This document shows positions 45,399-51,476 of a stretch of DNA of 51,476 nt, piece after piece. The stretch's first letter is position 1. Each line of letters starts with the position of its first letter. The notes under the pieces are model-generated. The model saw nothing but the letters and a program-made list of their open reading frames with translations. It made no database searches and had not been told where the DNA came from. The DNA comes from a virus. Taxonomy: Duplodnaviria > Caudoviricetes. The DNA is taken from the IMG/VR virus record IMGVR_UViG_3300037419_001570, positions 1 to 51,476 of that record; one strand, given 5' to 3'. The position numbers and the translations under genes were made by a program.

Positions 45399-45739
45399 AG
45401 TGCGAGCGCTGCCCGGTGAAGATCGGCCCGTGCGTGGGCGAGCGGGCGTCCCACGCCTTCGCCTGCAGGATGGCCGCGAACGGCTCCGACGCCGAGCTGC
45501 GGTGGGTCGTGGACGAGTCGATGGGCTCGCCCGCCGTCCCCACGCTCGACTCACCGGCCGGCCCTCCCGCCCGCCCGGCCGTCTCGCACGCCGAACTCCG
45601 CAACGCCACGAAGCTCGGATCCAAGAACTGCTGGTTTTCGGAGCACGCCCCCGGCTGCGGCTGCGACGGCCTGCACTGCCACCTGCTGGGACGACGGATC
45701 TCGATCTACGACTGCGTCCAGTGCCTCAAGAAATGGTGA
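45395..45739 (+). CDS. Cys-rich small protein
   Basis: 10 Cys in 114 aa; ATGA coupling. Confidence 0.7.
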   Translation: MKCERCPVKIGPCVGERASHAFACRMAANGSDAELRWVVDESMGSPAVPTLDSPAGPPARPAVSHAELRNATKLGSKNCWFSEHAPGCGCDGLHCHLLGRRISIYDCVQCLKKW

Positions 45740-45761
45740 CCTCAACCCCAAGAAGGTGACT

Positions 45762-46139
45762 ATGTCCGCATACGGCAGAACGCCGCTTTCCGAGGAGAAC
45801 GGCGTCGGGCTCGGGATCGCCTACGTCGAGCTCGAGACCGACGCGAACGGGATCGTCCAGACCGCGAACCGGCGGTACTGGAACCACGCCACCAAGGTCT
45901 TCGAGCCCGGCCCGCGCGACGACTCGAAGCACGTCAAGCCGTGCCAGCGGCTGGCCGACGACCCCGACCTCGACAACTTCATCCAGGTCGCCGCCGTCGA
46001 GCGGCAGGCCGTCGAGGACTTCAACGTCCTGGTCGTCTTCTACACCCTCGACTCGTCCGGCAAGGTCACGAGCGTCTATCGGTCCTACGCGCACAACGTC
46101 GCGGTCGCGCTCGGCGCCGTGAACGGCACCCCCTACTGA
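45762..46139 (+). CDS. hypothetical tail-region protein
   Basis: GAAGG RBS. Confidence 0.65.
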   Translation: MSAYGRTPLSEENGVGLGIAYVELETDANGIVQTANRRYWNHATKVFEPGPRDDSKHVKPCQRLADDPDLDNFIQVAAVERQAVEDFNVLVVFYTLDSSGKVTSVYRSYAHNVAVALGAVNGTPY

Positions 46140-46152
46140 GGCCCGACCGCAC

Positions 46153-47244
46153 ATGGCTATCTCGCACGCGGACCTCGTCGACAAGCTCTCCGTCGTCGCG
46201 GCGCGGGCGGTCGGCGGCCCGACGCTCACGCTCGCGACCGGCAAGGGCGCGCTCGTCGCGGCCGGATCGCCGACCGCCGACGCCCCCATGCCGATCATCG
46301 TCTACCGGGGCGCTGCGTACCTGACCATCCTCCGATGCGAGGGCGTCTCCGGCGACGTGCTGACCATCAACGGCACGATGTTCGGCAAGGCCGACGCCGC
46401 GGTGAACGTCGGCGACGTGGCGTACAACGCCCCCACGGCGGGCGACCTCAAGGCCCTGTGGGACGCCATCGCGGCCGTCGAGACCACGCCCGGCCCGAAG
46501 GGCGACCAGGGCGACCCCGGCGCGCCCGGCAGCGTCTGGCGGGACGGCTCCGGCGCGCCGGCCGACTCGCTCGGGGTCGACGGCGATTATTACCTCGACG
46601 ACGCGACCGGGGCCGTCTACCTCAAGGCGTCGGGGGCCTATTCCCAGGTCGCCGACATCAAGGGCGCGCAGGGCGACCAGGGGCCGGCGGGCGCCGACGG
46701 CGCGACCGGACCGGCCGGCGTCGGCTCGTTCGGCGTCTCGATGCCGGCGGGCTTCGCCGTCACCAACAGCCCGCTCACGTCCAGCGGCACGATCGCCGTC
46801 TCGACGACCCTCTCCGGGATACTCAAGGGGACCGGCTCCGGGTTCGCCGCGGCCGTGCCCGGCACCGACTACGCGCCCCCGGGAGGCGCGTCCGCGTACG
46901 ACATGCGGTTCGCGCTCGCGCAGGGCTCGGATCTGGCGACGGGCACGAACCTGACCGGCAACGGCGTGGTCGCCACCCACGCGGGCACGCTCTCCAAGGT
47001 CAAGATCATCGCCAAGACCAACGGGTCGGGCGGCGGCTTCACCCTGGATATCAAGAAGAACGGGACGACGATCTTCTCGTCGGCGCCCGTCGTCGCGGCG
47101 TCCTCGACCGCCGTCAACAGCTTCACCCCGACCACGACGACCTTCGCCGAGGACGACGAGTTCACGGTCGACTGCACGGCCGTGGGCGGGGCGGGGATCC
47201 GCAACGTGCTCGTGACGCTTTGCGGCCTCACGGCCGTCTCATAA
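46153..47244 (+). CDS. collagen-repeat tail fibre protein
   Basis: GPKGDQGDPGAPG; GAQGDQGPAGADGATGPAG. Confidence 0.8.
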   Translation: MAISHADLVDKLSVVAARAVGGPTLTLATGKGALVAAGSPTADAPMPIIVYRGAAYLTILRCEGVSGDVLTINGTMFGKADAAVNVGDVAYNAPTAGDLKALWDAIAAVETTPGPKGDQGDPGAPGSVWRDGSGAPADSLGVDGDYYLDDATGAVYLKASGAYSQVADIKGAQGDQGPAGADGATGPAGVGSFGVSMPAGFAVTNSPLTSSGTIAVSTTLSGILKGTGSGFAAAVPGTDYAPPGGASAYDMRFALAQGSDLATGTNLTGNGVVATHAGTLSKVKIIAKTNGSGGGFTLDIKKNGTTIFSSAPVVAASSTAVNSFTPTTTTFAEDDEFTVDCTAVGGAGIRNVLVTLCGLTAVS

Positions 47245-47253
47245 GGAGTCGTC

Positions 47254-49245
47254 ATGGCCGTCAACGATGTAATCCTCGCGCTCGGGCCGCTCGGCTTCTG
47301 GCTGACCGACTGCCCCGACGACCCAACGGCGGCCCACGACGCGGGCTCCGGCGCGCACGACGGGACGTTCTACGGGACGCACTCGGTCGGACAGTCGAGC
47401 TTGACGGCCGACGGGGACACGTCCGCCTCGTTCGGGGCGGGGGCCGTCCTCACGCCGGACATCTCCGCGCCGTACATCCCGTCCGGCGACTTTTCGCTGG
47501 CGCTCTGGTTCTCGTCGAGCGACGGGGGCACCGACGTCGCGATGGGGCTCTACGGCGGCGGCAGTTCGTCGTATTGGGCGGGGCTCAACAGCGGCTTCGC
47601 CGCGTTCTCCTTCGGCGACCAGTTGCTCAGCAGCCCTTCGGCATGCAACGACGGGGCGAGGCATTTCCTCGTCGCCTGCCGGTCCGGCGACGATTACAAC
47701 CTCTACCTCGACGGCTCGCTCGTCAACACGCTCAATCACCCCGGCGTCCTGTTCGGCGCGATCGACGTCTTCTCGGTCGGCAACTTCGCGAAGACGGGGT
47801 CGCTGAACGCCTTCCACTTCAACGGGCTCTTGAGCAAGGCCGCGTACTTCGACAAGGCGCTGACCGCGACCGACGTCACGAACATCTGGACGGCCGGATC
47901 GTCGGGCGGCGGCGGCACTGCGTCGATGTCCGCGAGCCCGACGTCGATCCAGGCCGGCCGCAAGTCGGCGACCATCACCCTGACCGGCACGGGCACGACC
48001 TGGACGAGTGGGACGACGTTCACGGTATCGGGCGGGACCAAGGTCTCGCAGTCCGTGGCGTCCAACACGTCGGCCACCGTGGTCGTGGACGTGGGGTACA
48101 GCACCGGCACGCTGACGATCGGCGACGGCTCGATCGGCGCGTCGGCCTCGATCGTCGTCCCCTACACGGTCTCCGACGCGACGGCGGGCGGCCAGGACGT
48201 CCGTGTCCTGGAGCCCTGGAATTACGACGCGGGGACCGAGACGGTCGTCGTGATCTACCACCACGGCGCGGGCGAGACGGCCGCGAGCCTCACGACGGAC
48301 GCGCTGAAGCAGGGCGTCGTCAACGCCCTGTGCGGCGCGGGCCATCTCGTATGCTCCTCGACGGCGGCGGGGGACAACTGGGGCGACCAGGCCGGACTCG
48401 ACGCGTATACGGCCCTGCATACGTACATGGCCGCGAATTACAACGTCGGCCGGATTTTGCATTTCTCGCAATCGATGGGCGGGCTCACCGGGCTGCTGAC
48501 GTTCGCGGGCGTCGACAACATGCCGCGCACCAAGGGCTGGTTCGGCGTCTACCCCGTCTGCAACCTCCGAGACCTGTACGACATCGGCACCTATGCGGAC
48601 GCGATCCGGACGGCCTATGGGATCGCGTCCGACGGCACCGATTACGCCGCGAAGACGGCCGGGCACGACCCCGCGTTGCTCGCCGGCTCGACGTTCCGCA
48701 ACCGGATGATGCGGTTCTACGCGTCGAACGGCGACACAGTCGTGCCCCAGGCCCAGAACACCGACGTCATCCGGACCGCCGTCGCCTCCTACGCCCGCGA
48801 ATACGGCCTCGTCGAGTGCACGGGCAACCACGGCGACCCCTCGCACTTCCAGCCCGACGACGTGCTTTCGTTCGTCGGCCGTGCGTTGGCGTCGCCGCCG
48901 GCGCTGGCCTCGATCGCGGTGCCTTCGGACGGCCTGTCGGTCGTGCTGACGTTCGCCGAGGACGTGCTGCCTTCGACCGGCATCACCGGATTCAGTGCGA
49001 CGGTCGACGGCTCGGCGGCGTCGGTTTCGGCGTCGCGAACCGCGTCGAACGTCATCATCCTGGCGCTCGGATCGCCGGCCCTGGCGGGCCAGGCCGTCGC
49101 CGTCTCTTACGGTTCGGGCAACGTGACCGACCTCGGGTCGATCGCGCTGGACGACTTTACGGCCGACGCATCGAACGGCAGCACGGTCCCCGTCCAGGCG
49201 AACCGCGTCGGGGCGATCGGCTATCTCGGGAACTACGCTTTTTGA
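47254..49245 (+). CDS. tail protein: LamG + Ig-like + alpha/beta hydrolase + C-terminal beta-sandwich
   Basis: FSLALWF, LYLDG, FSQSMGG, NGDTVVP, GNHGD. Confidence 0.8.
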   Translation: MAVNDVILALGPLGFWLTDCPDDPTAAHDAGSGAHDGTFYGTHSVGQSSLTADGDTSASFGAGAVLTPDISAPYIPSGDFSLALWFSSSDGGTDVAMGLYGGGSSSYWAGLNSGFAAFSFGDQLLSSPSACNDGARHFLVACRSGDDYNLYLDGSLVNTLNHPGVLFGAIDVFSVGNFAKTGSLNAFHFNGLLSKAAYFDKALTATDVTNIWTAGSSGGGGTASMSASPTSIQAGRKSATITLTGTGTTWTSGTTFTVSGGTKVSQSVASNTSATVVVDVGYSTGTLTIGDGSIGASASIVVPYTVSDATAGGQDVRVLEPWNYDAGTETVVVIYHHGAGETAASLTTDALKQGVVNALCGAGHLVCSSTAAGDNWGDQAGLDAYTALHTYMAANYNVGRILHFSQSMGGLTGLLTFAGVDNMPRTKGWFGVYPVCNLRDLYDIGTYADAIRTAYGIASDGTDYAAKTAGHDPALLAGSTFRNRMMRFYASNGDTVVPQAQNTDVIRTAVASYAREYGLVECTGNHGDPSHFQPDDVLSFVGRALASPPALASIAVPSDGLSVVLTFAEDVLPSTGITGFSATVDGSAASVSASRTASNVIILALGSPALAGQAVAVSYGSGNVTDLGSIALDDFTADASNGSTVPVQANRVGAIGYLGNYAF

Positions 49246-49264
49246 CGCGTCCGGAGGTCGACCC

Positions 49265-49432
49265 ATGGAATTCGCAGGCCCCTATCCCTTCGCCGGCCCC
49301 TACGCGTTCGCGGCGGTCGTGCAGGACAACCCCCAGACGCCGACGGGGCCGCAACCGGCCCCCCACGCGGCCCAGCGGCTCCCCAACGGCCTCGCCGTCG
49401 CCGCGGCGGCCGTCCGCGTCGCCTCGCGGTGA
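49265..49432 (+). CDS. 55-aa hypothetical protein
   Basis: GGAGG RBS; FAGPYP-FAGPYA repeat. Confidence 0.45.
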   Translation: MEFAGPYPFAGPYAFAAVVQDNPQTPTGPQPAPHAAQRLPNGLAVAAAAVRVASR

Positions 49433-49455
49433 CGAGCCTCGCCCCGAAACGCAAC

Positions 49456-49494
49456 GAGCCCCGCCCGGTCCCGTCGGCCGAGCGGGGCTCTCTT
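49456..49494. terminator. hairpin between converging arms
   Basis: GAGCCCCGC...GCGGGGCTC-TCTT. Confidence 0.6.
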
Positions 49495-49517
49495 CATGCG
49501 CGAAGGTGGTTCAACGC

Positions 49518-49724
49518 TCACTTGATGATGCACTCGCCGCCGCGCGGCGGCTGCCGCTTGCTCTTGGTCCGTTCCTTCGCCGGCCGGTTCCACGGCTGCT
49601 GCGACTCGGCGAACTTCATGTCCGCGATCCACCGCGCGGCCGTCGGGCAGCCGTCCACGAACTCCCACGGGCCGTCCGGCAGCGCCAGGATCATCGCCAC
49701 GGCGGCGCGGTCGTCGGCGGTCAT
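49518..49724 (-). CDS. hypothetical protein
   Basis: Last gene of the minus-strand operon. Confidence 0.5.
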   Translation of the reverse strand: MTADDRAAVAMILALPDGPWEFVDGCPTAARWIADMKFAESQQPWNRPAKERTKSKRQPPRGGECIIK

Positions 49725-49728
49725 GGGG

Positions 49729-50040
49729 TCACTTCCTCCCTTTCTTCTTCCGACGCTTCTTCTTCGCCGCGATCGGCCTCAAGAACAGGCCGCCCTTGTC
49801 CGCGTGCTCCCTGCACGCGTCGGCGTACTCCATGCGGGCGATCTCGCGTTCGTCCGCCTTGTACCACTCGTGAGTCGGGATGAGCGACTGGAATCCAGGG
49901 CGGTAGAACCCAGACTCGGCCATGAGCCCGCAGCCTTCGCGGCGACACCGGATCATGAACGGCGTCGTGCCGTCCACGGCGTCGATCGTGACCGTCCAGT
50001 GATCGGCATGACATCGGTAGACGTTGATTCCGCCTTTCAT
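49729..50040 (-). CDS. hypothetical Cys-containing phage protein
   Basis: NVYRC..TIDAVDGTTPFMIRC..C..AESGFY. Confidence 0.7.
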   Translation of the reverse strand: MKGGINVYRCHADHWTVTIDAVDGTTPFMIRCRREGCGLMAESGFYRPGFQSLIPTHEWYKADEREIARMEYADACREHADKGGLFLRPIAAKKKRRKKKGRK

Positions 50041-50375
50041 TCCCCACCCTCCTTCCCCAGCCCCTCGGCGGCCCCGCGCAGCGCGGCGACGACCTCGGCC
50101 TGCGTGCGGCCTGACGCGTCGTTCCAGTGAAACAACGCCTTTGTGCCAACTGCGGCCTTCACCGCCTCCGTGACATGGTCGCGGAACTCGCAACGAGCCT
50201 CGAACGAGGGCATTTCAATCCCGTTGACGACTTCATTCACCGCGCCGACCAGGCAGTAACGAGTCCCCTTGGGCGTGCATTTCTGGAAGTCGTGCTGGCA
50301 CCACCCGTTCTCTTCCAAGAGCCTCGCGGCGTCCAGCAGCACGGCCCTGATCCGGTCGTCCGTCGCGTCGCTCAT
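50037..50375 (-). CDS. DUF6197-like protein
   Basis: LEENGWCQ..YCLVGAV..WNDASGRTQAEVVAALRGAA. Confidence 0.75.
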   Translation of the reverse strand: MSDATDDRIRAVLLDAARLLEENGWCQHDFQKCTPKGTRYCLVGAVNEVVNGIEMPSFEARCEFRDHVTEAVKAAVGTKALFHWNDASGRTQAEVVAALRGAAEGLGKEGGE

Positions 50376-50761
50376 CGATCGGCCTCCATCGGCTCGGGGA
50401 TCGGGCCGGCGAATTGACAGTTGGAAGGAACCGTGTCGTCTAAAGACGACACGACGTAATCTTGATCGACATGCGACAGCCACGGAGCGCGAGCCACCTG
50501 TGGGTCGGCGAATCGAACCCAGTACCAACCCGCCACCTTCGGCCGCTCGCTCGACCACACGAGCGGGGCGGGGTGACGCGTGTTCCAGGCCTTGACGGCG
50601 TCGGCCTTCTCCCAATACCAGGGGAAGTCGATGTACCCGTGCTCGCGCTCGGGGAGTTGCTTCTCCATCAGGCATTCCGGCGTCCATGCGTCGTCCTCGT
50701 GGCGTAGCGCGGCTCTCCCGCCGCAGAACGGGCACGGCAGCAATTCCACGTCGTCGCTCAT
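50372..50761 (-). CDS. Lar-like restriction alleviation domain protein
   Basis: LLPCPFCGG...AVKAWNTR. Confidence 0.75.
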   Translation of the reverse strand: MSDDVELLPCPFCGGRAALRHEDDAWTPECLMEKQLPEREHGYIDFPWYWEKADAVKAWNTRHPAPLVWSSERPKVAGWYWVRFADPQVARAPWLSHVDQDYVVSSLDDTVPSNCQFAGPIPEPMEADR

Positions 50762-51096
50762 CGATCGGCCTCCAGTTCGGCGAGGAAGGCGTCGGCTGTG
50801 GCGCCCGAGAGGATGTACCTGCACCCGCCGCACTCGACGATCAACTGGCGATCCCTTCGCTTATCCGCTCTGACGGCGGCGACCGCTTCCGCCGCGGCCC
50901 GAGTCGCCGGCCCCACGGCGGGCTTCGGGACGGCGCAACTGTCGATAAGGTCGACCATGTAGTCGTACATTCGATCGTGGAGTTTGCTGGATTCGTCCCA
51001 GGGCATGGGGCGTATTTCCTGGACTGCCGACGCCAGGTAATTCCCGACGCACCGTCGCAGGTTTTCGACGTCGACCAGCTTTACGTCCTCGCTCAT
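50758..51096 (-). CDS. hypothetical protein
   Basis: ATGA coupling. Confidence 0.6.
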   Translation of the reverse strand: MSEDVKLVDVENLRRCVGNYLASAVQEIRPMPWDESSKLHDRMYDYMVDLIDSCAVPKPAVGPATRAAAEAVAAVRADKRRDRQLIVECGGCRYILSGATADAFLAELEADR

Positions 51097-51299
51097 TCTC
51101 GCTCCTCCGCCGCCTTCGCGGCCTCCCTCGTCGGCCGCCAATACTCGCTCCCGAAGTGCTCGACGAGGAAAGCCTTGGCCGCCTGTTCGTCGAGAATCAC
51201 GGTGACGAGCGTCCTCCCGAACGCCTTGTGTTTCAGCACGTCGCGCCCGATCGCGTCAACGATCTTGGATGCAACGTGCGTCGTCGCCTCGCTCGCCAT
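51093..51299 (-). CDS. hypothetical protein
   Basis: GGAGG RBS. Confidence 0.55.
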   Translation of the reverse strand: MASEATTHVASKIVDAIGRDVLKHKAFGRTLVTVILDEQAAKAFLVEHFGSEYWRPTREAAKAAEERE

Positions 51300-51462
51300 T
51301 CTCGGCCTCCCTCCTCTCTTTGTGCCTCTCGGCGATCTTCGCCCTCGCCGCCTGCATCGCTTCCCACAGGATTTGATAGTCTTCCGCATCCCAATCGCAT
51401 CCGTCGATCGGCACGCCGTCTTTGTCGTACCTGACCCGATGCAGTCGCGGCCCTCTTTTCAT
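51256..51462 (-). CDS. hypothetical protein
   Basis: ATGA coupling to ORF 110-310 across the junction. Confidence 0.5.
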   Translation of the reverse strand: MKRGPRLHRVRYDKDGVPIDGCDWDAEDYQILWEAMQAARAKIAERHKERREAENGERGDDARCIQDR

Positions 51463-51476
51463 TCCGGCCCCCTGAA

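Noticed and set aside
46335-49883. 1182-aa plus-strand ORF
   Set aside because: Arg/Gly/Pro-rich off-frame shadow of the tail genes
51350-51476. Biological direct terminal repeat
   Set aside because: 127 bp equals a common assembler k-mer and falls mid-gene; treated as a circularisation overlap
1-51476. CRISPR array, DGR, retron or IS element
   Set aside because: No repeat-spacer array, reverse transcriptase or transposase motifs seen

Overview
Apparently complete, circularly assembled temperate tailed-phage genome. Bases 1-127 equal 51350-51476, giving a unit length of about 51,349 bp; GC is high (roughly 70% by eye). Host is probably a Planctomycete (inferred from the integrase style, a planctomycete-type HTH-receiver regulator, CsrA/SpoVG and Cys-rich tail proteins). 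The minus-strand early arm (about 49.5k -> wrap -> 19.7k) carries Rad52-like recombinase, Prim-Pol, SF2 helicase, a sigma factor, ParB-like protein, Xis, DHFR, tyrosine integrase, CsrA, a C5 methyltransferase with a nested second-subunit ORF, a stand-alone RAMP/Cas7-like gene near a structured ~400-nt intergenic region, and many small genes. Next come a divergent RHH-type switch with GGCTAGCC operators (19.5-20.2k), a candidate origin (21.8k), an attP made of a tRNA-Gln 3' half about 17 kb from int (23.2k) and a moron operon. The plus-strand late arm has an atypical secreted/membrane (lysis-like) cassette, tRNA-like elements, terminase, DUF4055 portal, scaffold, P22-like coat, a Tad1-like anti-defence gene, neck/tail genes including a virion-morphogenesis protein fused to a GNAT domain, a short tape measure, Cys-rich tail proteins and a LamG-esterase tail protein. 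All family calls come from motif recognition by eye; no searches were run.
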